Positions 51,063 to 63,593 of a stretch of DNA of 64,000 nt are shown one piece after another. Both the position numbers and the translations under genes were made by a program. The notes under the pieces were generated by a model. It searched no databases, had not been told where the DNA came from, and saw only the letters and a program-made list of their open reading frames with translations. This DNA is from Dimorphilus gyrociliatus. Lineage: Eukaryota; Animalia; Annelida. Each line of letters opens with the position of its first letter. The first letter of the stretch is position 1. The stretch lies in the NCBI GenBank assembly GCA_904063045.1, contig CAJFCJ010000052.1, positions 1 to 64,000 on the forward strand, read 5' to 3'.

Positions 51063-51399
51063 AAATAAAGCTAATTTATAAATAAATCATTTCAACACAA
51101 TATGTGTTTTCTCCATAATTCCGAAATGAGGTGTGTTTACAAGGAATATAGTAGAAAACACCCATTTATTTAACAATTTTAATTAAAATATTACATAGTT
51201 GGGATATTAACTAATTGTTATATGTTAAACTATAGGGTGTGTATATTATTTTCCTCTGTATAATAGATGGCTTCAACTCAATACTAACTCACTTCTTTAA
51301 CATTTTTTATTCCTAAAAAGGTTTAGAAAGTTTGTTAACTGTCTGTGCTCAACTGTTTCTTTTATAAGACAAAAATAGTTCAAACCAACAGAGATTAGG

Positions 51400-53010
51400 A
51401 GGACATTTAATCATCAATTAATATAATCTATTTTTGAAAGATTTTTCAACAAATTTCTAATGCAAATAGATTGATTTTCATTTAGATTGCAATCACTCGG
51501 GTTAATTTGCTTTAATGCATTTGATGATTGAGCTAGTCCATCACAAATTTCTATTAATCAATTTCCCATTTCTCTATTTCCAATGTAAGAAGATTGATAA
51601 TCAGTTAATTTACAATAAGTAAAATTAATTTCTTTTAAACAATTTGATGACTCAGCAAATTTTTATTAATCCATTTCCAATATTGCTATTCCATACTAAA
51701 TTAATATTTTCCATTTTAGATCAATTTTTCGGCAGTTTTCCAAAAAGTATGGATTGATATTCAGTTAAATCACATTGAAAAAAGTTAAATTATTTTAAAT
51801 AATTTGATGATTTAGTAAGTCCATTACAAACTTCTATTAATCCATTTCTCATATATTCATTTTGACATAAATTAATATTCTCTATCTTATAACAGTTTTT
51901 CAGTACATTTCCAATATGTTTAGATTGATTTTCATAAAGATTACACTGGCTAATATCCATTTGTTTTAATGTACTTGCTGATTGAACCAGTCCATCACAA
52001 ATATTCATAAATCCATTTCTGTGTTCCAGTGTAACTCAATATTTTCAATTTTTTCAATTTTAGAACATTTTTTTAACATTCTCCCAATGTATGAAGATTG
52101 ATAATCAGTCAAATTACAACAGTAAAATTAAGTTGTTTTAAACAATTTGATGACTCAGCAAGTCCATTACAAATTTCTATAAATCCATTTCCCATTTCCA
52201 TATGAATAGGGGTGAAATCGTACCTGAATGAAGTTTTAACTGTCAATGTGACAAAATTAAGAAATGAAATAATTAATTTATTTGTTTTAACAAATATGTG
52301 ATATACAAGTACCAGTTTTTTTCAGGAGAGGACTGGAGAGACCTGAGGAAGTTGATGGCTTTACCTTTTCTACCTGCAGATATTATTACTCCTAGATTTT
52401 TAGCTTGAAGAGTCAGCTGGAAGAAAAGAGAAAATTTTCAGTATAACCAAAAGGATGATCTATTTGTAGATTGATGAATTGAAAAGAGAGGCTGATTTGG
52501 TTTTTATTTTTGAAAAAACTTCTCTCTGAGAAGGAGATTATGATATATCAGAGAAAGAAATATGATGATATAGAGAAGAAAATATTTGAACTCTGGGATG
52601 ATTATAGGCTTGGAAGGATATTAGCTGATAAATTATTAATCCAGAATTCTTATATTTATACTCCATAGTTGTTATTATCTATTATGTTATTTAGTTAACA
52701 TATAGTATAATAGCTTTTCAATACATACATTAGCATATTTTTTTTATTTCCATATGTATCAACAGCAACAGTTTTACCTGGTCATAGCAAGAGATTCACC
52801 ACCAATGGGTACGATTTCACCCCAGTATGGTTTCACCTGTCACCCTCCATATTTCTACATATATTGATACTTTCCATTTTGGAACAACTCTAGCAAATTT
52901 CCAATGCCCGTTCACTGACTTTCACTTAGATTACAATTTTCTAAATTAATTTGTTTTAAACAATTTGATGACTGAGCAAGTCCATCACAAATCTTTATTG
53001 ATCCATTTTT
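51400..53010 (-). pseudogene. Degraded RNI-like LRR gene, paralog of 25430-26869
   Basis: CYKIENINLCQNEYMRNGLIEVCNGLTKSSNYLK and MGNGFIEICNGLAESS repeats with stops; interrupted by 52204-52845. Confidence 0.8.
52204..52845 (+). mobile_element. Internally deleted MULE derivative inserted in the LRR pseudogene
   Basis: Perfect 16-bp inverted repeat GGGGTGAAATCGTACC (52209-52224/52808-52823); flanking TCCATAT duplication; WRDLRKLMALPFLPADII and DELKREAD remnants. Confidence 0.8.
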
Positions 53011-53308
53011 CATATTTTGTTTGTTATTAAAGTAAAAGAAGCAACAGTGTTTTATGTTTCTTTAAAAATTGCTGATATTTTTATAACCGCAAGAAATAAA
53101 TTAAAGATTAAAGGATGGTTATAATCATGGTCTTAATTTCTAATAGTATTTTACAACCATATTTAAATATACTTATGATAATTTAGATATATTAATATGA
53201 AATAGGCTCTCATCAAGGGATTCTTTATATGTTAGTTTTGCCTGGGAAAATGAAAAAAAAATATTTGCATTGTTGACCTTGACCTTAACTATATTCAAAT
53301 AATCTCAT

Positions 53309-53943
53309 TGTACAACTTTGGTTATATTTTACATGCTTGAACTCTATTATTTGATGCAACATATACATGTACATCTTAAAACCTACGCAAGAAAATGCTA
53401 TAACATTGGCCAAACATAAGTCTGATTAGTCAGCTTGAAGGCTCATCTTTAATTACCAATAAAGGTTTGGCCAAGTTATAATTTAATTAACTTGCCTAGG
53501 GTGTCGCCAAGTTATAATTCAATTAGCCTTCCTAAATGTTGAACCTTGTAACATCCTGTTACTAAACATAAATATGAACTACACATTTCGGCAACTGTAA
53601 AGTGATGATTGGATGTCAGAGGCAAACCTCAAAGTATATAAATCCTCACTATTCTCATTTGGTATGCAGCTTCCATCTGGACCCAAGGACCAGGGAGAAT
53701 CATCTGGAAACAACCTCCACTGGAACCATCCATCTAATCCTCAACATTAGAAGACAGTTTGGTAATTTGGCAACCTGCTTTTACAAACTATCTACTCTGC
53801 TATCGAACTCTCATATTGTTACTTGCTTAAGTATTATTATTGCGAATAAACCGTTTTAATTTAAACATTTGTTTAAAGGTTCGAGTAGAACCAGTATTGT
53901 TATAACTTGCAAACACATAGATTTTGCCAGCAAGAGCAGTACA
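53309..53943 (+). mobile_element. Solo LTR, family B (635 bp)
   Basis: TGTAC...GTACA termini, perfect 4-bp TSD TCAT, TATA-like tatataaa and AATAAA inside. Confidence 0.9.
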
Positions 53944-54435
53944 TCATTAGTATATTTTAAATGATTACTGTTAAAGAAAATTCTTGAATTTACAGAAGAA
54001 GCAGCTGAAAGCAGCAACAGCAGCAAATGAGAAAGAAACCAAAAATAATTTCTATTTTTCCTTTTATTTTTCAAATATTTACAAAATACATGCTGAACAA
54101 AGGTTGATTGTGAGGAACGTCCCCAAATAGATAAATATGACAATGCCAGACTTCATACCAGTTTGTACACAACAGATTTCATAAGAAATCAGGAATGCTT
54201 TATTGTTTAGAACAGAGATAATAAATGAAATATTTGACGTCTTTATACACTTTAGTTGATTATTTAATATGATATTTATTGCTTTATTGATACTATTATT
54301 ATGGCTTTAGCTACTTTTAAATTCTATTCGTACTTTACTTTCAAATAATTAAAATCAGAATTTAAATCCTTATAGTTTCTATTAACGAAAGAAAATCATT
54401 CTCTTCTGCTAGATTTTTCAATGGTAAAAACTTAC

Positions 54436-54625
54436 CACCTAAAACAGCAGATGAAATGAGCATGGCACCTATACGAGAAATTCTTAGATGGTTCCATTCA
54501 AACTTTTTCAAATATTCTATGTAGAAAATTCCATAGGAATAAACAATTGAAGTAGCTATTGATTGAACACTAAACGATGCAGCTACTAAGAACCTTTTAA
54601 ATATGCCTTTTTCATCAGCTGCCAT
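54436..54625 (-). pseudogene. Isolated first exon of an SLC16/monocarboxylate-transporter-like MFS gene, diverged
   Basis: LVAASFSVQSIATSIVYSYGIFYIEYLKKF...ISRIG, ending at a GTAAGT donor; DGGWGW motif lost; no clear downstream exons. Confidence 0.55.
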
Positions 54626-54639
54626 GGATACTTCGTATA

Positions 54640-55086
54640 AAGTAAACTTCATAAAAATTGGAACACCTCGAATTTTGAATAGGCTAACATATTAAAAATG
54701 TTTTTCACTAAGAAAAAGATTTTTTTTTAATTTTTTCTGCATAAAATGTTAGATGAAGCTTAAATTTATATATAATTTTCTTTCAAATATAATTTAGATA
54801 AGATTTTATATCATTTTTTTGTTTATATTATGTTCTGTTTTAAAGCAAGAGCTTTAGGAATGGCCAAATTTTTTCAAAGATGAAAATGACCAAAAATATT
54901 TTGCTTATAATATTCATAAATATTATCACTTTGTCAATTTTTTTTCAATATAACGTAAATATAACCCTTTTTTATAGAAATTTAGACCAAAAAAAATAAT
55001 ATTACAGGGAAAAAACAATTTTAACCATTAATTAAAAGTTGGTCTATCAAAATTTATGGTGTCCATTTTTTTTATGAAGTCTACTT
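54640..55086. mobile_element. Non-autonomous Tc1-a derivative
   Basis: TA|AAGTAAAC...GTCTACTT|TA with both arms matching 13011-14527. Confidence 0.75.
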
Positions 55087-56439
55087 TATTGCCTGATTAA
55101 CCAATTTTTGGGTTAAATTCTTTTGAACAGCTCTGCCATAAGGATTTGGCCTGGTAGTGCTCAATGGATTGTGAACAAAACATTGTGTACCAGCAATGTT
55201 GTGTGTCAGTGAGTGTATGTCAGTGTGCGTGTGTGTGTCAGCAAGTGTGTGTCAGTGAATGCTATCATATCTGGTGGGTGACCTAAAGCTTCACTCCTAA
55301 AGTCGGTCTGACTTGATATCAAATCAGATCGCGAATGTGACAAAGTCAACAGATGAGTAGAATCAAGTGCACACTTAAATGACAAGAGTAACTGTGAAAG
55401 GTATATGAGGGAAAATGTGTGACAGTACAGTGTGAGAGCCAAACAAACGTTTAAAAATAAATTGTAACGAAATTATTATTAATTTCGTGATACAAGTAAC
55501 CATAAATCTTGTAAAGATTGTATTAGTGTATTTGATCTAACGTGCCATCTGGAGACCAAATTATTCGTATTGTTATACTTTTATATCAAATGCCCAAAGT
55601 ATTTTTAACCGGAAACTATTAAAAACAAAGATCTAATAAGTGTATTATATTTATTTTTCACAGAAATATGATAAATAAATAAATTATTTGCAAGTTGGAA
55701 GCATCTCTTCCCAGTAGTTTAGTAATATAGTTGTATAGTAGGTAAATAATCTCTTAATAATTAGCGACCAATGGTACTTAAACTTTTAAATTTAGTTAAT
55801 CTGTCTTTAATTTGTATAATATTAACTTGAACATTTATTCAATTCATTTTAATTATTTTGTTAAAAATTTGTTAATGTCAGTCAAAATATGTAAAATTTG
55901 AATATGCTGAAGATAAAGATATAGATAGAAACATGTAATAGTTTTAAGAGTCTTCTAAGAGAGAGAGAAAAACAAGCAGATATTGTTTTTCAAACGAAAA
56001 TCTGGATATAAATTAAAAGTAAGTAGAGCAGATTTCTAATGGTATAAGATGTTTCTAATGTAAATGTTATAATTACTAGATGTTACATCCGACAAACGGA
56101 GTTTGTTATTTCGGCTTTAATCCAGGTCAATATGTGCAACCTATTTAATTATTAAAATGAAATTGATGATTCATAATAATATTATCGGATGTTTGTACTT
56201 ACTTAAGCAGTCTACAGTCAAATTTTAATATTATATTTAAAAAATTATGTAATATGTGTGATTTGATTTCTTATAAACGCATTTTTTCGTTCAATATTTT
56301 CACCTCTTTTGTTCAATAAAAATGAAAACTGAGATCAATTTTAAAAAGTTGTTCAATTTCAAATTACATTTTATGGTGTAATTGAAAAATTTGTTGTAAG
56401 AATTTCATTTGTTAAAGTTATATGCTACAGAGAGTGAGA

Positions 56440-59400
56440 ATGTTGCTAGTGAAATTCGTTTCAATAATTCTAATAGAAAATATACTAGCTGGAGGTCTCT
56501 TCATTTTCTATTTCTATACATTTTTTAAACATTTCTACTCTAGATTTCATTTTTAGATTCGCATGTTAGAACTCATAGCGGAGTAGACACGGACAATGGT
56601 CCCGACCCCTTTCTTATATCTCTTGCTACTGGGAATGATGCTAATTGTCAATTTCCTTTTCATGAAGGAAACAATCTCTATTTCGGTTGTCAGACAAGTG
56701 GTACTGCACCTTGGTGTGGCGTAGTTGAAGATTTAGAAGACGACAACAAGTGGGGCTACTGTATATTGGAGGATTGTAAACTGACCGAAACTGCTGATGG
56801 ATATGGTGGCAATAGTTTTTTGGACGATGACAATTATGCTTGTTATTATTGGGAATATGCAGGCTATCAAGCTAATCGATTTCCAGAAGACAATGTGAGA
56901 GACGCGTTAAATTATTGTAGAAACCCGGATGAATGGCCCTATCCGTGGTGTTATGAGGGTCCTGATTTCTATTGGTGGTACGGTTGTGGATCCAATATAC
57001 CTTACTGTACAGGTTTGAAATATACATGTCAAGATCATCTTCTTGCAACTTTACCAGATGGAGCGTTTACGGCTTCTACTTCAGCAGTGGAAGGAGGGAC
57101 TACCTATTCACCAAATTTTGCTAAGTTAAGTAAGGCATTTGCTTGGTGTGCAAATATATCAGATACAGACCAGTGGTTAGAAATAGATTTACTTGAAGAC
57201 AAAGCCATTGTTGGTATTGCTGCAAAAGCACTTCCTGCATCATCTGACTATGTTACAAAATACAAATTACAATTTAGCTTTGACAAAGTGACATGGATAG
57301 ACTCTAGTCAAGCTGACTTTACCGGCCCTTCTTCGTCGACCAAGTTCAAAGCACATCCACTGAACGAATTTGGCAGATATTTACGACTTATCCCTTTAGA
57401 ATGGAGTAATAGAATATGTATAAAGTTAGAAATTGGTGGTTGTTATTGTAAGTGTATAACTATTTTAAAATTGACCATTTTATGAAGAGAAATAATAGAA
57501 ATAAAGCATAATATATATGTTTTTTATTCATTTGTACAGATTCTGATCCATGTAGAGTTAATCCTTGTTTCAATAACGCAACCTGTTCTGGAGATGGATT
57601 AACTGGAGCATTTGACTGCTTTTGTACACCAGATTTCACCGGTTCCCTGTGTACTATTCACACAGACTACTGTGCTAGTATTCCTTGTAAGAATGGTGGC
57701 AATTGCACGAATACAAGGCTTATCGGACTTGGCGTTGCCAAATATACTTGCGAATGTGATAGTCAAGGTATTTATACAGGAGAGTTCTGTGAAAATGGTG
57801 AATCTACAACCTGTCTTCACTTGAAGTCTCTGGGATTTACTACGAATGCTTTATATAAGTTAACTTTGGTAGAAACTGCTGAACCCTGTCGTATGGAACA
57901 AGTACTTAGCGGTTTAGCTCAAAATGATAATATTACATCAGTATATACATTACAATTCACTAATGAAAAAGAATGTGGGGATCTTTGTTTGTCAACTGCA
58001 AATTGTACCTCCATTAGCTGGTATTCAGATACAAGAACATGCTTTTTTCATGACGTCATTAACGATATTATAGATTTCAATACTGGCTTGACCCTAAATC
58101 GAGAGTACTATGTCAAAGTATGCGACACTGCCGGAGAAGTTTATTGTGAATTCGTTAATGAAAATGTGACTATTACTAAAATGATACCAAATATAGGAGT
58201 AGATCCTATAGATGCTGGGAAAACAAATATTGAACCAACAGCAGGATATAAAAGAGCAATTCTATACACACCGTTTTCTAATCGTCAAATAGAAGCTCTA
58301 AAGAATTCTTCACATCTATGCAAACAATATTTTGAATTTAATTGTTATAGAGTTACTGCTAGAGATTGGTTTCTAAGTTTTTATGATTTATCTGTCCATA
58401 GATTGACAGCTCCATCGTTTCAAGGTGGATGTCCGCTTTGTATTCTCTCCGACAATTGTGATAGTGATGGCGAATGCAAATGTGATTCCAATGCAGGAAC
58501 ATGGTATAAAGATAGTAGAGAGTTTACAGACAAGACGCTCATACCACTTAGGGAAGTTAGAGGAGGAGATATGGGAAGCTCATCTGAGAAAGCTAATTAT
58601 GTCGTTTCTGCGCTTACTTGTGAAAATAGTGTGTTAATTGCTGACATAAATGAATGTGCTTCAAATCCTTGTGTAAACGGAGATTGTGTTGATGAAAGTT
58701 ATGCTTATAGATGTGTCTGTTTTGCTGGTTATGATGGGATGAATTGCGATAATGATATCGATGATTGTGCAAGTCAACCTTGTGTATTGAATAGATTTAT
58801 ATCATGTCAGGATGGAGTTAACGATTATACGTGTTCTTGCAATCCGGGATATACAGGAAAACAATGCGAAATTAGTAAATTGTTCATAAATTACCTCAAT
58901 TATCGAACTAAAATCAATGTTAATTGTTAGATATAGATGACTGTGCATCAGATCCTTGCCTCAATGATGCATCCTGCATTGATTTGGTTAATACTTTTCA
59001 GTGTGAATGTACATCTGGATATTTTGGATCTCGTTGTCAAAGCGGTAAAAGTTATAAGTTATAATGTTGTTAGTTTAACTATTAATTTGTTCAGATTACA
59101 ATGAATGCTTATCGAATCCGTGCGTAAATGCCATCAACTGTACTCACTATATTGGAGATTATAAGTGTTTTTGTGAAAGTGGTTGGACAGGAAAGAACTG
59201 TGATGAAGGCATCTATTTTCATTAAATATGAACAATTAATCAAATTACTTTTGCTACTACAGACTTTTCGGAATGTCAAAGTGATCCTTGCTTATATGGC
59301 GGTACATGCCAGGAATTTAATATTGACGATTATGTTTGTGCCTGTCCTCCAGGATTTCAGGGAAAGCGCTGTGAATTAGGTATAATTAAGCAATGATATA

Positions 59401-61418
59401 CTAAAATACTTTTTATACGGATTAAAGATATTCTATTTTCCTCTAGATCTTGATGATTGTGCTGGAAAACCCTGTAGAAATCATGGTGTATGCCTAGACG
59501 GAGCTAACTCATATACTTGCGAATGCGCAACAGGTTTTACAGGAAAAGATTGTGCAGAAAGTTTGTCTTTATTTAATTTTATGAAACATTGAGAAATAGC
59601 TGATTTAAAATTAAAAAAACACCTTTTTCTTAAAGATATCGACGATTGCTTTAACGTAGAGTGCAAAAATGGAGGAGAATGTGTAGATGGTATCAATTCT
59701 TGGACTTGTGTATGCTTATCAGGTTATTCTGGAATAGTTTGTGAGAGAGGTATTTTCAAATTTTTCATAATAAGATATACATACACATAGACTGTATATA
59801 TACTGTATGTACTTATATTTATGTATCTAAATGTAGAAATTAAAGAGTGTATAATCAATCCCTGTCTTAATGGTGGAGTGTGCACTGAGAAAGCACCTGG
59901 TAGTCGAGACTGTTTATGCCCAAGTGGTTTTAAGGGTACTAGTTGTGAATTTGATAAAGATGAATGTGAAGACGAACCATGTTTGAATAGCGGAGACTGC
60001 GTAAACAATATAGGTAGTTATAAATGCCTGTGCAAGTTGCCCTTCACCGGATTTAAATGTGATTTAGGTAAGCGAGTTAAATAAAACGAAAAAGATTTTG
60101 TGAAGGTATTGTTTAATTTAGTTATAAGTGATGGGCAGTGGAGTGGGTGGAACGGATGGTCACCTTGTTCAGTTCCTTGTGGTACAGGAGTAAAAACGAG
60201 ATCACGTTTATGCAATAATCCTTTACCATTGAATGGAGGTAAGGCTTGTGAGGGTAATGTGAACGAAGTTCAATTATGTGAGGAGGAAGCTTGTTCAGTT
60301 AGAGATGGTAACTGGGGATTGTGGTCAGCTTGGTCTCCATGCAGTTCAACATGTAGCAAGGGTCTTAGAACAAAAACTAGAAAGTGCGATAATCCAACGC
60401 CTATAAATGGTAAAGATTGCGAAGGAGCTAACGAAATAGTCGAGGTGTGTAAAGATAGAGAATGTGGCGAAGCTGTAAACGGAAATTGGGGTCGATGGAG
60501 CGCTTGGTCTACCTGTGACAAGACATGTGGCCCTGGAATAAGAATTAAACAAAGACTATGCGACAGCCCACCTCCTCAATGGGGCGGAGGCGATTGCATA
60601 GGTAACGGCAATGTTATAGAAACGTGTCAAATTGAAAAATGCTCTTTAACAAAAACTTGCGGAGAATTTGGACTGTGGAGTGAATGTGATAAGGACTGTG
60701 GAATGGGAATGCAAACAAGAGAGAGATTATGTACTCTTAAAGATGATTCTGTCAATAATGCTAATGGTTCTAGTACAACAAAGCGAGAATTTTTAAATTA
60801 CGAGCACAAATTTTGTTCAAATAGAAAATGTGAAGGTTTCTGTTTCATTTAATTCTTTTTATACTATATCTATTAAAAATGAATTTAATTATGCTTTTTA
60901 CAGAAATGTACTGCTCTATTTGTAAACAAACTTTTACAAATATTAATGATTTGTTCAAATGTAGAGGAGTACCAGTGGCTTGCAAAGCAACTGAAACTGC
61001 TTGTATATATAGACTTGGAAAGAAAGATGGAGTATATAACTTTGAGAAAGGATGCGCTAAAAAAGCTGAATGTACGCAGAAACAGTCGGATTTATGTACA
61101 CGTTTAAGCAAATATCTTGTTGATACAGTAAACAAGTAAGCTTTATATAAAATGACATTGTATGACATAAAATCTATTATTTTTATCTCTCCTAATAGCG
61201 ATCAACCAGACGTAACAAAAGAAGATATGGAACCTCACTCTGATACAGTAATCGAATTGTGGAATAGGTTAGAAGAAGAAAATTGTTACATGTGCTGTCC
61301 AGAATCATACTGCAATGTAGCAATTTTACCTCCAGCAAATATGTTGGGATCAGAGGCGAATAGAAAACTACCTTCTAATCTTTTCTTTATAACATTTCTT
61401 TTTTTCTATTTATATTAA
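56440..61418 (+). CDS. Large GPI-anchored mosaic extracellular protein: SP-FN2-Kringle-FA58C-2xEGF-Caspr-type fibrinogen-like (PAN insert)-9xEGF-4xTSP1-Ly6/uPAR-GPI signal
   Basis: Signal MLLVKFVSIILIENILAG; CQFPF...PWCGVVEDLEDDNKWGYC; NYCRNPD..PWCY; WLEIDL...GRYLRLIP...LEIGGC; VYCEF...CKQYFEFNC...CKCDSN...D..LPLR...GD; cbEGF repeats; WSxWSxC repeats; CCPESYCN plus a hydrophobic tail. Exons join in frame. Confidence 0.9.
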
Positions 61419-61931
61419 GCTATACTCTGATTCTGTTTTTATTCTATTCGATATCCAACTAAAGTAATATACCTATAGTTTTGTAACAATGTATTTATTA
61501 TGTCTCCTGGACGATATATTTAAAACACCTACAAATAGAAATTAATGAGAATATTTGTTTCATAAACCACTGATTCCTTGAATCATAGGAAATTATTATA
61601 TTATGACCTAATACGAATAAAAAAGACTACCACTTTCGTAATGATAGTCTAAATGGAAAATTAGGATCTTGAAAATTATCCAAATCTAAAAATCGAACAT
61701 TTGAATCGTATTCTGAAGTGAAAACAGGTAAAGAAAAATGGAGGAAAGAGATGAAATAATTTAAGAGAAAGTATATCTCCCATATTTTTTATTCCCAACC
61801 TAAATCGGTTATAAGAGGTCTATGAGATCCAGAAAATTCTAATTGATGTATAGATTCTAAAGAAGATGAAAGAATTATTAAATATATGATTTTCATATTT
61901 TATTGCATATATATATATATATATGTATATA

Positions 61932-62175
61932 TGTAGTCGATAAGCATATCTCCTAAATTTGGCAGCGAGCCAAATTATTCGTTATACCAAGTTTACGTTC
62001 GCTATGTTATAGTTAAAAATCAATTGTTTTTACACCCGCTTGTCATTTCTTTGTGTACGTGTGTTACTTATAATTACTGCTATATCACCAGTATAGACTT
62101 TAAAACCAAACGCGCTGTACTGATAAGTTGTTGTAATAGCGACAACTTATGTCCGCAACCCGCTCAATGACTACA
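61932..62175. mobile_element. Solo LTR, family D (244 bp)
   Basis: TGTAGTC...GACTACA termini, TATA TSD in a TA tract; 5' end similar to the 5678 LTR. Confidence 0.8.
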
Positions 62176-62479
62176 TATAAACAGTCGCGATATTAAGTAA
62201 TTATAACAAGAGTAAAAATGTCTAAAAATCGAAATATTTTGTTTTACAGACAAAGTGTATGGTTGTGAATAATTTTTTCTGTAGGATAGATGACTTGTGA
62301 AACATCATGCAAAATTTCAGATAAATATCTATATTTTAAGAATCACTTTTTCACTCTTTTTTACAATACTATGAATTTAGACAGCTATTAAGTAATTATA
62401 ACAAATCAATCGAGTTCGTGAAAAGTATTTATTTTAATTTATTTATGCATTTTCAGCTGGGTATACAATTTTATATGGC

Positions 62480-62740
62480 AAAATTATAAGTTTTAATATT
62501 TTGTATGCTTACCCCGTGCCTTTTTTATTGCATTTAGCCTTCTTTCGATAGAGGCATATAATGCTTGAATTTCGAAATTAGAAATTTTGAAGAATTCCTC
62601 CCTAAAAATTTCTCAAAGCTCTTTTATATTTTTAGGTTGCCTAAGCATAGTTTTCTTCTTACAAATACCCCAAATGGGTTCAATAATATTGATATCTGGG
62701 CTATTTGGGGGCCAGTTTTGTAATAATTTCATTTCTTTTT
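62480..62740 (-). mobile_element. Tc1 transposase C-terminal relic
   Basis: NWPPNSPDINIIEPIWG and LYASIERRLNAIKKARGKHTKY*. Confidence 0.8.
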
Positions 62741-62772
62741 TTATAAAGGGGTGCTAAATTAATAAGATATAC

Positions 62773-63260
62773 TTTATTTTCATAACTTAACAACTGGACG
62801 GTAACTCTTATTTCAGGTTGAAAGTTCTTAGCAGCTATTACTCTTAGAATATTAGAAGCATCTTCTTCATCTCTATCAACAGCTTGAGGATTAGCTAATG
62901 GTAAGAAGGCGTCGGCTTCTTTTAACTAAATGAAATAGAATTTCTCACTTTTCGACTATGACTTTATATTATGATATATAATATAATTTTAAGTTGAAAT
63001 TATTAACCTTAACTCTTTCAAGATCGTTTGAATTCATTGGAGTATCATTAAAAAATAATTTTAACCAAAAAGCCCATTTACAATCAGCGGCAACAAACTA
63101 TTTAATAAAAATTAATTTAATACAAAAAAAAGTCTTCCTGTCTTTTTGAAAAATTGAGGGAAAGAAGAGGTTGCCAAAAAAAAATAGAAATTAACAACTT
63201 AAAGAAAAAACTATGTAACCCAAATGAGCCCTTTCTTTGTAAAACAGAAAATTGAATTAA
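62773..63260 (-). pseudogene. slo-like: Slo-family (BK, Ca-activated K+ channel) RCK1 exons, degenerate
   Basis: Exon 62773-62925 (153 nt, AG/GT bounded) encodes LKEADAFLPLANPQAVDRDEEDASNILRVIAAKNFQPEIRVTVQLLSYENK. The upstream exon ends MNSNDLERVK|GT at 63008. Confidence 0.8.
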
Positions 63261-63373
63261 CAGGGAAAGAATTGATTTTAAAGCAATTTCGAGAAATTGT
63301 TGTTCAAAGCTGTGACGTTATTCCCTAGCAACCAGCTAAAAATATCCAAAAGATCCAAGTTGTTTTTTGTTAT

Positions 63374-63593
63374 TGTACTGCTCTTGCTTGGCAAATGTAT
63401 ACATTTGCAAGTTACAACAGCCCTGGTTTTACTCAAACCTTTAAACAAAGTGGTTAATTTAAATGCTTTTCAACAGCTCATTTGTACTTAGGAGGGTCTC
63501 CCCTAAGGGTTAGGGGTAGTGGAAAAGGTTAGGTACAGCTAAGATCTGGGTTAGGGTAAAAGCACTCATTTGTGGACGTTTTCTGTCGCATCC
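63374..63593. mobile_element. LTR-B end (reverse, 63374-63470) fused to a partial MULE MITE (63479-63593)
   Basis: tgtactgctcttgc... then ...ctcatttgtggacgttttctgtcgcatcc. Confidence 0.8.

Noticed and set aside
49105-51135. ccata....cgaaatgagg motif on both sides of the MULE
   Set aside because: Direct rather than inverted orientation, short, and no TSD; cannot support it as element termini.
55195-55260. GTGTGTCAG-type degenerate microsatellite
   Set aside because: Ordinary low-complexity repeat.
60270-60552. Antisense ORFs over the TSP1/EGF exons (and similar antisense ORFs over transposases)
   Set aside because: Shadow ORFs of real coding sequence on the opposite strand.
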